A stretch of 64,000 nucleotides of DNA, taken from positions 945,107 through 1,009,106 of the forward strand of contig CAWEXD010000008.1 in the NCBI GenBank assembly GCA_963812945.1, in the 5' to 3' direction. Origin of the DNA: an uncultured Candidatus Rokubacteria bacterium (GTDB lineage: Bacteria > Methylomirabilota > Methylomirabilia > Rokubacteriales > DASRDR01). The position numbers were made by a program, and so were the translations under genes. The notes below the pieces were generated by a model. It did not search any database. It saw only the letters and a program-made list of their open reading frames with translations, and was not told the DNA's origin. Below are positions 27,162 through 36,015 of the stretch, in pieces (position 1 is the first letter of the stretch; every line of letters starts with the position of its first letter).

Positions 27162-29093
27162 TCAGGCCGTCGGCGCGGGACCGAGACCCGGCCCGCGGGC
27201 GAAGAGCTCGTCCCAGAGCTGCAGGGACAGGACGCCGAACAGCCTCAGCCCGCGCTTGGCGCGGCCGGAGCGATGGAGCGCGAGGGCCGAACCGACCGCC
27301 GCGGGATCGAAGTAGCCGGTCCGCCGGAGCTCGGCGGGCGAAAGCAGGGCTGCCGCGAAGGGCGGGAGCGGCTCGCGGAACCACTGCTGGATCGGGACGG
27401 CGAGCCCGCGCTTCGGGCGCCTGCGGATCTCGTCGGGCAGGACGTCGCGTAGCGCCTCACGCAGCACGCGCTTCTCCATCCGCCACCACAGCTTGACGCC
27501 CGCCGGCATCGCCGTGGCGAGCGCGATCACCTCGGGGTCCAGGAACGGGACCCGTGCTTCGACCCCGCGAGCCATCGATGGCCGGTCGAGCGCCGGCAGG
27601 ATCAGTCCCGGGAGCCGCGTGGTCAGCTCGACGTACTGGTGCTGGGCGGTCCGGCTCCAGCGCGAGAAGCGGTCGGGGAGTGGAGCCGGCTCGAGCGGCT
27701 CCTGTCGTGTCAGCGCCTCGCGGAGGTCGGGCGAGAGGACCGCCATCGACTCGCCCTCGCGGAAGAGTCGAATCAGCTCGGCGTGACGCGCCGGGGCCGG
27801 CAGCCCAGCCGCGGCGAGCGCCCGGTAGAGGTGTGGGCGCCAGGCCCGGAGGCCGAGCGCCGTGCCGAGGACGCGGCGGACCGGTGCAGGCACTGGCGCG
27901 AGCGGGCCGACCCAGCGGTCATGCCGGAACCACGGGTAGCCCCCGAACAACTCGTCCGACCCCTCCCCGGTGAGGACCGCCTTGACCTGCCGGGCGGTCG
28001 CCTCGGCCAGGACAAGTCGCGGGATCTCGAGCCCCGACATCGAGGGTGTCTCGGCATGCCAGACGGCTCCGGGCAGGCGCGCCAGGGCATCGCGCCCGCA
28101 CAAGACGCGCTGACTGGCCAGGCCGAAGGTCGGGAAGCGGTCGAGCGTGGTCCGGCGCCCGATCTCGTCTACCTCCGGGTATGCGAAGCCCACCGAGAAG
28201 GCCGGAACCGGCGGCGGTACCGCGCCCCGTATGAGGCTTGCCACACCGCTCGAGTCCACCCCGGCGCTGAGCCAGATGCCGATCGGGACGTCGCTCCGCG
28301 CGTGGAGCCGCACGCTGGCGTCGAGCGTGGCCCGAAGCGCGTCGGCCCAGCCGGCCAGTCCCATGGGGCGGCCGGGGTCCCGGGCGTCCGGGAACTCGAG
28401 GTCCCACCACCGCCGGAATGTTGCCTGCCCGCGCTCCCAGACGAGGTAGTGGCCCGGCGGCACCTGGCGTATCCCGGCGAACAGGGTGCGCGGGTCGCGG
28501 ACGAATCCCAGTGTGAACAGGTCGCGCACGGCTTCGAGGTCCAGGCGGCGGTCGAGGGTGGCGCCTCCGTCGTCGTCACCGACCCGGTCCGCTGCGAGCA
28601 GGGCCTTCTGCTCCGAGCCGAACCAGAGACCGCTCCGGTCGATCGCATAGTGGAGGGGCTTGATGCCGAGGCGGTCCCGGGCCAGGAGGAGGCGCCGCGC
28701 GGGGGCGTCCCAGAGGGCCAGGGCGAACATCCCGCGCAGCGCCGCCAGGCACTCGATCCCGCGCTCCTCGTAGAGGTGGACGATCACCTCGACATCCGAG
28801 CCAGTCCGGAACCGGTGTCCACGGGCGGCGAGCGCGTCCCGCTGGGCCTCGAATCCGTAGATCTCGCCGTTGCAGATTACGACCACGGTCCCGTCCTCGT
28901 TCGCGATCGGCTGCTGCCCGCCGGCCGGGTCGATGATCGCGAGTCGGCGGACACCGAGCCCGACGCCGGGCCCGCGCCAGAAACCCACGCCGTCGGGTCC
29001 GCGGTGGCGCACGGCCTCCGTCATGCGCCCCAGCAGGCCCTCGGGGGCCGGGCGCTGCGGATCCGACCAGGCGACCCCTGCAATCCCGCACAC
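27162..29093 (-). CDS. asnB: asparagine synthase (glutamine-hydrolysing)
   Basis: 643-aa ORF; N-terminus M-CGIAG with Cys2 nucleophile (GTG start after AGGAGG); motifs SAGVDSS, TGEGSDELFGGY. Confidence 0.8.
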   Translation of the reverse strand: MCGIAGVAWSDPQRPAPEGLLGRMTEAVRHRGPDGVGFWRGPGVGLGVRRLAIIDPAGGQQPIANEDGTVVVICNGEIYGFEAQRDALAARGHRFRTGSDVEVIVHLYEERGIECLAALRGMFALALWDAPARRLLLARDRLGIKPLHYAIDRSGLWFGSEQKALLAADRVGDDDGGATLDRRLDLEAVRDLFTLGFVRDPRTLFAGIRQVPPGHYLVWERGQATFRRWWDLEFPDARDPGRPMGLAGWADALRATLDASVRLHARSDVPIGIWLSAGVDSSGVASLIRGAVPPPVPAFSVGFAYPEVDEIGRRTTLDRFPTFGLASQRVLCGRDALARLPGAVWHAETPSMSGLEIPRLVLAEATARQVKAVLTGEGSDELFGGYPWFRHDRWVGPLAPVPAPVRRVLGTALGLRAWRPHLYRALAAAGLPAPARHAELIRLFREGESMAVLSPDLREALTRQEPLEPAPLPDRFSRWSRTAQHQYVELTTRLPGLILPALDRPSMARGVEARVPFLDPEVIALATAMPAGVKLWWRMEKRVLREALRDVLPDEIRRRPKRGLAVPIQQWFREPLPPFAAALLSPAELRRTGYFDPAAVGSALALHRSGRAKRGLRLFGVLSLQLWDELFARGPGLGPAPTA

Positions 29094-29180
29094 GTGACCG
29101 GTTCCTCCTTCGGGGCAGCCGGTTTTGACGCCGCTCGTCGCTCCGTGGCATAGTACTGCCCACGCGAAAGGGGGGACACC

Positions 29181-29321
29181 ATGTCAACGGAACCCCAGAC
29201 CGACACCACCCCGCCGGAGCCCAGCCGCTACGAGCCGCCGCGCATCGAGATTCAGCTCACGGCCGATGCGCTCGAGCGCGAGATCCTGTACGCGGGTGAG
29301 CCATCCGGCCCGGAGCCCTGA
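29181..29321 (+). CDS. small hypothetical protein (46 aa), candidate
   Basis: ATG at 29181 preceded by AAAGGGGGGA; reads MSTEPQTDTTPPEPSRYEPPRIEIQLTADALEREILYAGEPSGPEP; GC-rich third positions; below the ORF-track length cutoff. Confidence 0.3.
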   Translation: MSTEPQTDTTPPEPSRYEPPRIEIQLTADALEREILYAGEPSGPEP

Positions 29322-29726
29322 TCCCGGGCGAGGCGTGACCGCCGGGGGCACCAGCCGACCGCGAGCGGGCACGGCGGCTGTCAGGGAGTGAGCTTGGCCG
29401 GGCTCCTCATGGCCCGTAGCGCGGCCACGGTCTCGGCGGCCTCCCGACCCTTGGCCTCGATGAGGTCGAGCAGCTCTTCCGGGGTGCGGCGGTCCTCCTG
29501 GCTGCGGGCGTTGGGATTGACCGCCTTGAGGTCGTGGTTCCGCGTTGCCCTTCTGTTGGCGGGGTGAAAACAGGCCCAGCTCGCTATTCGCGTGCACAGC
29601 CAGACGCGATGATAGCGTGGCCACCGGTTCTCGAGCGCCGAGCTCCCCGCTGAACGCTTGTCGCGGCGGCGCGGCGGGCGGGCTACCGTCGGGATGGTCC
29701 GGCCTGATGCCTGCGGCGGGGCCTCG

Positions 29727-31040
29727 TCACTCGACCGCGGGCGGCCGAGTGGTGCCCGCGAGGCGCTCGCGGACCATGGCGATGTGGAGCCGGAGCGTGT
29801 AGAGCGAGTCGCTGTAGTAGAGCGGAACCTGGAGGTGGCGGGCCTTGTCCTCCAGCCGCTCGAGCCCCGCGTTCAGCGCTTCCCGCGAGGTCCCATCCTT
29901 TTCGAGATCAATGAGGTCTCGGTACATCCGGACGATGCGCCGGCGGACGTTCCAGGCGTACAGGGCGGGCATGAGGCGGAACAGGGGATACATCAGGCCG
30001 ACGACGGGGATGAGGAAGACGAGGGCCCGGCCGATCGCGACCGCGAGCCAGAAGGGCAGGTGACGCTGAAGGAACGGCCGGCCTGAGCGGAAGTACTGGC
30101 GCGCCTCGTCGGTCAGGGGCAGGTCGACCGCTTCCGCGGCCGGAAATTGCCTCGTCTGGTGGAAGATTCCCGGCCCGGAATGGACCTGCTCCGCCGCATC
30201 GAGGAGCAAGGACTGGATCGCGGGGTGCAAGTCCTTGCGCACCACCAGGCTGGCCTTCGGCGCGAAGAGGGTGGCCGCCGCCGGCGGCCGGTTCTTCGCC
30301 ATGTCTCCCGCGCCTGCGGGCACCGTGAGCTTGCTGAGGAAGGGGTACAGCGCCACGTACGTGTCGGCGCGGGGGAAGCTCACGAGCGTGATGCCGTCCT
30401 CGGTGAGCAGCTGGCGGACGGCGGGGGAGTCCCAGGCCGCCAGCATGAGTGCCGCGTCGATCTCGCCGCGGATCAGCGCGTCGGCGGCCGCCTGGTGGGA
30501 GAGCGCGAGCAGCTGGGCGAAGCCCTGGCTCAGCCGCTGCCGCGCCAGCAGCTGGAGCACGAGCGCCCGGGTGCCGCTCCCCTCGGGTCCGATCGAGATC
30601 TTCTTCCCCCGCAGCGCCTCCAGGTCCCTGCCTTCGAGCGCGCCTCGGTGGAAGAACCAGAGCGGCTCGTAGAACACGGTGGCGAGTGCCCCGAGATCGG
30701 GCGACTCCTTCTGGTTCGTGAGGCCGCCTTGGACCAGCCCGATGCCGACACCCGAGCGAGGGTCGCGCAAGAGCGTCAGGTTCTCCATCGCCCCCGCGGT
30801 CGGGCGCAGCTCGAGCGTGATGCCGTGACGGCCAAGGACCTCCTGGTAGCGCTTGCCCACCTCTTGATAGGCGCCCCCGTCGGGGCCGGTGGCCATGGTC
30901 ACGGTGCGCGGCGGCAGCGGGCTCAGCGCGCTGGTGGTGTACCAGATGGCCGCGATGACGAGGGCGGCCGCCACCGGGATCAGGAAACGGGATCGATGCG
31001 CGGCGGAGGACTGCCGGGCGCTGCCGGCGGGCGGTGTCAC
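29727..31040 (-). CDS. TAXI-family TRAP-type solute-binding protein homolog with N- and C-terminal hydrophobic segments
   Basis: 437-aa ORF; N-terminal hydrophobic segment, TAXI-like core (VTMATGPDGGAYQEVG), C-terminal hydrophobic stretch LPFWLAVAIGRALVFLIPVVGLMYPLF then charged tail. Confidence 0.5.
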   Translation of the reverse strand: MTPPAGSARQSSAAHRSRFLIPVAAALVIAAIWYTTSALSPLPPRTVTMATGPDGGAYQEVGKRYQEVLGRHGITLELRPTAGAMENLTLLRDPRSGVGIGLVQGGLTNQKESPDLGALATVFYEPLWFFHRGALEGRDLEALRGKKISIGPEGSGTRALVLQLLARQRLSQGFAQLLALSHQAAADALIRGEIDAALMLAAWDSPAVRQLLTEDGITLVSFPRADTYVALYPFLSKLTVPAGAGDMAKNRPPAAATLFAPKASLVVRKDLHPAIQSLLLDAAEQVHSGPGIFHQTRQFPAAEAVDLPLTDEARQYFRSGRPFLQRHLPFWLAVAIGRALVFLIPVVGLMYPLFRLMPALYAWNVRRRIVRMYRDLIDLEKDGTSREALNAGLERLEDKARHLQVPLYYSDSLYTLRLHIAMVRERLAGTTRPPAVE

Positions 31041-31078
31041 GCTCGGCCGGCGAGTGCCATCACGGGTGTGGACGGCCG

Positions 31079-32296
31079 TTACCGGCCGTACATCCGGGTC
31101 GCGGCCGAGTAGCCGGGGAGGCGACCGGGCTCCCAGACGTGCTTTCGCGCGACAGCCTCCACCAGGTCGGCGCCCCAGCCGGGACGCGTCGGGAGGACGA
31201 CCTCACCCCGCTCGATGACGGGCGGCGCGTCCACCAGCTCGTCCTTCCACGGCACGTCGTCCACGTCGATCTCCATGATCCGCACGTTGGGGACGCTCGC
31301 GCAGAGGTGGAGGGAGTGGAGGGTGGAGAGGTGGCTGTAGTAGTTGTGCGGGGCGACGTTCAGCTCGTAGGTCTCGGCCAGCTCCGCCACCTTGCGCGAC
31401 TGGGCGAAGCCATTCCAGGGCACGTCGACCATGACGACGTCCATCGCCCGGGCCTCGAAGAACGGGCGGTAGCCGCGGAGGCCGTAGAGGTTCTCGCCGG
31501 AGCAGATCGGCATCGGCGCCTCGTCCTTGACCTCGCGAAGCGCGCGCTCGTCGTACATGTCGATCTCGACCCACATCATGTCCAGGCCCGCCAGGGCGCG
31601 GCACACGCGGATCGCCGCCTCGGGCTTCATGTTGAAGTTGAGGTCGAGGGCGAGGCCGACGTCCGGGCCCACGGCGCGCCGGAAGGTCCCCAGGAGCAGC
31701 TCGATGTGGCGGACCATCTCCGACGTCACCGTCTGGTCGGTGGTCCCGGGCCCTCCGCCGAAGCCGGGGAAGTGGACGCGCGCGGGGTCTCCGGGGTAGA
31801 CGATGTTCGTCTTGAGCGCCCGGTAGCCGCGCCGGACGACTTCCTCGCCGAGCCGGTGGACGTCGTCCATCGTGCGGAGGGGCGGGACCCCGATGATGGC
31901 GGCGTTCATGGCGCGCGAGGTGCCGCAGTGGGACCAGTAGACGGGCTGGCGGAGGCGGAACGGCCCGCCGAAGAGCTCCGTCACCGGCAGCCCGAGAGAC
32001 TTCGCCTTCAGGTCCCAGAGCGCGAGCTCGATCCCGGCGATCGCCTTGGCGGCGATCCCGCCCGGGCTCTGCCGCGCCATCCGGTAGAGGTCCCAGTAGA
32101 TCCGCTCGACCGGCCGTGGGTCCTGGCCGACGAGGATCGGCTCGAAGTCCCGCACCGCGCCCACGACGCCGTAGGGGTTCCGGCCGTCCGAGCACTCGCC
32201 GTAGCCGGTCAGGCCCTCGTCGGTGCGCACGGCGACGAACTGCCAGGGCCGCCACCCCGCGTCGACGACGAACGTCTCGATCTCGGTGATCTTCAT
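31079..32296 (-). CDS. mandelate racemase/muconate lactonizing enzyme family protein (enolase superfamily dehydratase-like)
   Basis: In-frame segment of ORF 31079-32536 starting MKITEIETFVVDAGWRPW; ATG at 32294-32296. Confidence 0.7.
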   Translation of the reverse strand: MKITEIETFVVDAGWRPWQFVAVRTDEGLTGYGECSDGRNPYGVVGAVRDFEPILVGQDPRPVERIYWDLYRMARQSPGGIAAKAIAGIELALWDLKAKSLGLPVTELFGGPFRLRQPVYWSHCGTSRAMNAAIIGVPPLRTMDDVHRLGEEVVRRGYRALKTNIVYPGDPARVHFPGFGGGPGTTDQTVTSEMVRHIELLLGTFRRAVGPDVGLALDLNFNMKPEAAIRVCRALAGLDMMWVEIDMYDERALREVKDEAPMPICSGENLYGLRGYRPFFEARAMDVVMVDVPWNGFAQSRKVAELAETYELNVAPHNYYSHLSTLHSLHLCASVPNVRIMEIDVDDVPWKDELVDAPPVIERGEVVLPTRPGWGADLVEAVARKHVWEPGRLPGYSAATRMYGR

Positions 32297-32300
32297 CCGA

Positions 32301-33080
32301 TCAGACCCGGTAGACGTACTGCTTGCCCGGCTCCCGCTCCACGTCGGGCGGGTAGTTGCGGCGCTTCTCCGCGTAGTAGCGGGCCCGGTGATCGCCGTCG
32401 GCGAGCCGGTTGTACGTGACGTAGAGGACGCGGCGCGGCTCGTCGGAGGGGTTCGGGCCCGAGCGATGCGGGACGTACGAGTCGAAGAAGACCGCGTCGC
32501 CCGGCGCGGTCGGGTAAGGGACGAACTCGACGCCACGCAGATCCTCGTCGGACAGCGGCGCCCACTCGCGGCCGATCAATCCCCGGGTGTGCTGGCCGGC
32601 CGCCAGCTCGAGGCAGCCGTTCGCCTCGGTGGCCTCGTCGATGGCGACCAGGGCCGTCACGAAGAGCGGCGCGTAGACGCTCCAGCCGGCCTGCTGGTCC
32701 TGATGCGGCTTGAAGCCGTCGCCGCCGGCGAGCTTGAAGTTGATCTTGTCCTTGAACAGCACCGCCGGCTCCCCGAACAGGTCGCCGATCCGCCCGAGGA
32801 GCTTGTCTCCGTCGAAGATGGCCTTGAACCCCGGGTGATGCGGATAGAAGTTCTCGATGCGGTTGATCAGTCGCCGGCCAGGCTCGCGGAGGCTCTGCTC
32901 GCCGTACACCATCCACGCGCCGGGCAGCTCCGGCCAGGCCTGGATCTCGTCGGTGGCGCGCCGGAGCTCGGCAACCTCGTCGCCGGCGAAGAGACCGCGG
33001 CAGACGAGGAAGCCGTCGCGACGGTAGTCGGCGAGCTCGGGCTCGGACAGGAATCGCGGCGCCTGGGCTCGGTTCGTCAT
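32301..33080 (-). CDS. phytanoyl-CoA dioxygenase (PhyH) family protein
   Basis: 259-aa segment of ORF 32301-33938 starting MTNRAQAPRFLSEPELADYRRDGFLV; ATG overlaps stop of upstream oxidoreductase gene (ATGA at 33077-33080). Confidence 0.7.
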   Translation of the reverse strand: MTNRAQAPRFLSEPELADYRRDGFLVCRGLFAGDEVAELRRATDEIQAWPELPGAWMVYGEQSLREPGRRLINRIENFYPHHPGFKAIFDGDKLLGRIGDLFGEPAVLFKDKINFKLAGGDGFKPHQDQQAGWSVYAPLFVTALVAIDEATEANGCLELAAGQHTRGLIGREWAPLSDEDLRGVEFVPYPTAPGDAVFFDSYVPHRSGPNPSDEPRRVLYVTYNRLADGDHRARYYAEKRRNYPPDVEREPGKQYVYRV

Positions 33081-34051
33081 GGGACCAGGACCACCTTTCC
33101 ATGGGACTCGCGCGTGGCCAGCGCGTCGAGCGCGGCGGCCGCCTCGCGGAGGGGATACGTCCGGTAGATCACGGGGCGGATGCGCCCTTGACCGTAGAGC
33201 TTCAACAGGGCGTCCATCCACTCCTGGACGAGGGGCGAGCCGCGCCGCTGGTAGTAGCCCCAGTGGACCCCGACCACGCTGATGTTCTTGAGGAGGACGC
33301 GATTGATGGCGAGGGTCGGGATGCGGCCGCCGGCGAAGCCGATGCTGAGGAGCCGCCCCTCGAACGCGATGCACTTGGTGGAGCCGTCGAAGACGTCGCC
33401 ACCGACGGGATCGTAGATCACGTCCGCGCCCTCGCCGCCGGTGACCGCCTTCACGCGCTCGATCCAGTCCTCCGTCCGGTAGTCGATCAGGACGTCGGCG
33501 CCGGCCTGTCGCGCGACCTCGAGCTTCGCCGGAGTGCTGGCGGTGGCGATCACGCGCGCGCCGAGCGCCTTGCCGATCTGGACCGCGGCGACCCCCACCC
33601 CCCCGGCCGCGCCGTGGACGAGGAGCGACTCCCCCGGCTGGAGCGCGGCGCGCTGGACGAGCGCGCAGTAGCCCGTCTGGTACACGACGAAGAACGCCGC
33701 TGCCTCGTCGAACGGCATGCTGTCGGGAATCGGATGGACGCGCTCGGCCTTCGCGACGGCGCGCTCTGCGTATCCACCCCACTCGAGGTTCGCGATCACG
33801 CGCTGTCCGGCCCGGACGCGCGTGACCCCGGACCCGACCGCGCGAACGACGCCCGAGATCTCGTGGCCCGGGCTGAACGGGAGGGGAGGCTTGACCTGGT
33901 ACTTCCCCTGGACCATCAGGATGTCGGGAAAGTTGCACCCGATGGCCCGGGTGTCGATCACCACCTGGCCGGGTTCGGGCGCGGGATCGGGTACGTCCGC
34001 GTACTCGAGCTCCGACGGCTCACCCCACCGGGTCGCGACGATGGCCTTCAT
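33077..34051 (-). CDS. NADPH:quinone oxidoreductase / zinc-binding dehydrogenase family protein
   Basis: 324-aa ORF; MDR pattern MKAIV..GEPS..PGQVVID, nucleotide-binding LVHGAAGGVG. Confidence 0.75.
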   Translation of the reverse strand: MKAIVATRWGEPSELEYADVPDPAPEPGQVVIDTRAIGCNFPDILMVQGKYQVKPPLPFSPGHEISGVVRAVGSGVTRVRAGQRVIANLEWGGYAERAVAKAERVHPIPDSMPFDEAAAFFVVYQTGYCALVQRAALQPGESLLVHGAAGGVGVAAVQIGKALGARVIATASTPAKLEVARQAGADVLIDYRTEDWIERVKAVTGGEGADVIYDPVGGDVFDGSTKCIAFEGRLLSIGFAGGRIPTLAINRVLLKNISVVGVHWGYYQRRGSPLVQEWMDALLKLYGQGRIRPVIYRTYPLREAAAALDALATRESHGKVVLVP

Positions 34052-34296
34052 GAGGGTAGATCATACCAGCGGGTCAGCGCTTGGCCACTGGCCGGTACAC
34101 GCGGACTCCGCCCGCCTTCCAGGCCTCGACGAACGCCGTGCCTTCCCAGGCGACGCCGGCGTCCAGCCGGCGCTCGGCCACGAGCAGGGCGCACGGCAGG
34201 CCCGGCGACCCGGCGGGCTGCCGCGCGGTCCGGTTCTGGACCAGCGGCCCACGGCCGTCGTGCTGATGCTGCGCGAGACGCGGGGACGGCTGGCGG

Positions 34297-34767
34297 CTAC
34301 TTCTTGCTCGGGTCGTCCGCCGGATTCACGTAGGTGAAGGCGAGCGGCCCCGTACCCGTCACCTGGATCCGTGCCGGCTCCTTCGTCAGGACGAAGTGGT
34401 TCGTCTTGGCCGGCGCGACCACGACGCTGCCGGCGGGGAACGCCTTCGCCTTGCCGGGGTCGAGCTTGTCGCCCATCCCGACCAGGAGCGTCCCGCGCAG
34501 CACGGTGACGACCTCGTCCGTCGGATGGGAGTGCGCCGGGATCCGGTAGTTGGCCGGCATCTGGACCTGGATGACGAACAGACCTTCCTTGGCGGGGTCA
34601 CCGTACAGCACCGCGGTCTTCGAGCCCTTCGGGACGAACGGCGGAGGGTCACCCCACTTGATGGCGTCGGGCGTGTACATGCCGTGCGGGGCGTCCGCCG
34701 CCCACGCCGTCAGAATGCCACCCAGCAAGACCGCAATCGAGAGCCACCGCATGAACCGTACCGTCAT
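34297..34767 (-). CDS. cupin domain protein, secreted
   Basis: ORF 34297-34827; ATG at 34765-34767 preceded by AAGGAGG; signal-like MTVRFMRWLSIAVLLGGILTAWA; cupin core PAHSHPTDEVVTVLRGTL. Confidence 0.55.
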   Translation of the reverse strand: MTVRFMRWLSIAVLLGGILTAWAADAPHGMYTPDAIKWGDPPPFVPKGSKTAVLYGDPAKEGLFVIQVQMPANYRIPAHSHPTDEVVTVLRGTLLVGMGDKLDPGKAKAFPAGSVVVAPAKTNHFVLTKEPARIQVTGTGPLAFTYVNPADDPSKK

Positions 34768-34920
34768 CGTGAGCCTCCTTCGTGACCGGCGCGCGGGCCG
34801 GTGCGGCCCCCTGACGCTCACGGACACGCGCGGCCGGCCCCCGCGTTTCGGGTTGAGAGATCGTCCAGTCGATGATACCAGGAGGAACCGGCCCGCGTTC
34901 CGGGTGGCTGGCGGAGCCCC

Positions 34921-35520
34921 TCAGAAGCGGACTCCCAGGAACAACGCCGGGATGACGTTCGTGTGGAGATCCACCTGGCGGCCTCCCGCGGAGACGACCT
35001 CGCCGAGCGAGGTGACGTTCAGGATGAAGTCGGCCGTGACGGCGACCCGCGGGGATACGGCATAGTCCACGCCGATGCCCAGCGGGATCACGAACGACGC
35101 GTCGGTGACGGCCGCGCCGGTGTCCGAGTCCTCGATGTCCGCCACGATGACGCCGATGCCACCCTGGACCACGAGCCGGGCATTGCCGCGGGCCAGGATG
35201 CTCCACCAGCGCTTGGCCTGGAAGGACACCGCCGCGACGACGTCGTTACCGACGCCGCCGTACTGGACCAGGGGGCCGACGGAAAGTCGCGGTGCCACGA
35301 CGTAGTCGACGTACCCGGCGAGGCCGAGCTCCGGCCCATCGGGCGTGTTGGCCAGGAAGCCGACTCCGGCCCCGCCCGACCACTGACCGGGCCTCGGGTC
35401 GCTGACGTCGCCATGGGCCACACCGGCCGCGATCAGGCCGGCGACCGAGAGCAGGGACACGGCCCGAAGGGTCAGCGCACGGGAGGAGGACCGGGCCCTA
35501 CGGCGCCACGCGCTTCTCAT
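34921..35520 (-). CDS. putative outer-membrane beta-barrel protein
   Basis: 199-aa ORF; Arg-rich then hydrophobic signal-like N-terminus; Gly-rich alternating pattern; C-terminal Phe (LFLGVRF). Confidence 0.45.
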   Translation of the reverse strand: MRSAWRRRARSSSRALTLRAVSLLSVAGLIAAGVAHGDVSDPRPGQWSGGAGVGFLANTPDGPELGLAGYVDYVVAPRLSVGPLVQYGGVGNDVVAAVSFQAKRWWSILARGNARLVVQGGIGVIVADIEDSDTGAAVTDASFVIPLGIGVDYAVSPRVAVTADFILNVTSLGEVVSAGGRQVDLHTNVIPALFLGVRF

Positions 35521-35959
35521 AGCAGCGGCTGACGGGGTCGTCCCGGTAGGGCCCGAACGGCGGGATCCGGCGGAAGCCGCTGCGCTCGTAGAGCGCGATC
35601 GCCTCCTGCTGATGAATGCCGGTCTCGAGCCGGATCACGGTGGAGCCGCGCTCCGTCGCGTGTGCGACGAGGTGGTCCAGCATGCGGTGGCCGAGGCCGC
35701 GGCCGCGGAAGGCCGGGCGCACGTACATGCGCTTGATCTCCGCGTATGCCTGCTCCACGAGCAGGACGCCGCCGCAGCCCGCCGGGCGCCCGTCGTCTCG
35801 CGAGACGAAGAAGGCCACGCCGTCGCGCAGCAGCTTCTCGACGCTGAAGCCGTGACGGCTCTCGATGGCGTACAGCGACGCCAGATGCGCGTCGAGCTCG
35901 GCGATGAGCGCGGCCGCGTCCGGCGTGTCCGCGCGCTCCTCGGATATGACGATCGCCAA
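35498..35959 (-). CDS. GNAT family N-acetyltransferase
   Basis: Last 153 codons of ORF 35498-37564; no in-frame ATG, proposed TTG start at 35957-35959 after GGGAGG; motifs VRPAFRGRGLGHRML, ALYERSGF. Confidence 0.5.
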   Translation of the reverse strand: MAIVISEERADTPDAAALIAELDAHLASLYAIESRHGFSVEKLLRDGVAFFVSRDDGRPAGCGGVLLVEQAYAEIKRMYVRPAFRGRGLGHRMLDHLVAHATERGSTVIRLETGIHQQEAIALYERSGFRRIPPFGPYRDDPVSRCYEKRVAP

Positions 35960-36015
35960 CTCAGCCTCCCGGCATGCTGGCCGGCGCGCCGGCGGCGCGG
36001 GCCGCGACGATGCGA

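Noticed and set aside
27162-29321. Lasso-peptide (RiPP) cluster hypothesis for asnB plus the small ORF
   Set aside because: The AsnB homolog keeps the N-terminal Cys2 glutaminase nucleophile (M-CGIAG) typical of genuine asparagine synthetases, no leader-peptidase or RRE gene is present, and the small ORF is on the opposite strand.
29394-29726. Stop-to-stop frame of 111 codons directly downstream of, and in frame with, the TAXI-like gene
   Set aside because: No ATG or convincing alternative start with an RBS; could be a decayed remnant or noise, and cannot be supported as a gene from sequence alone.
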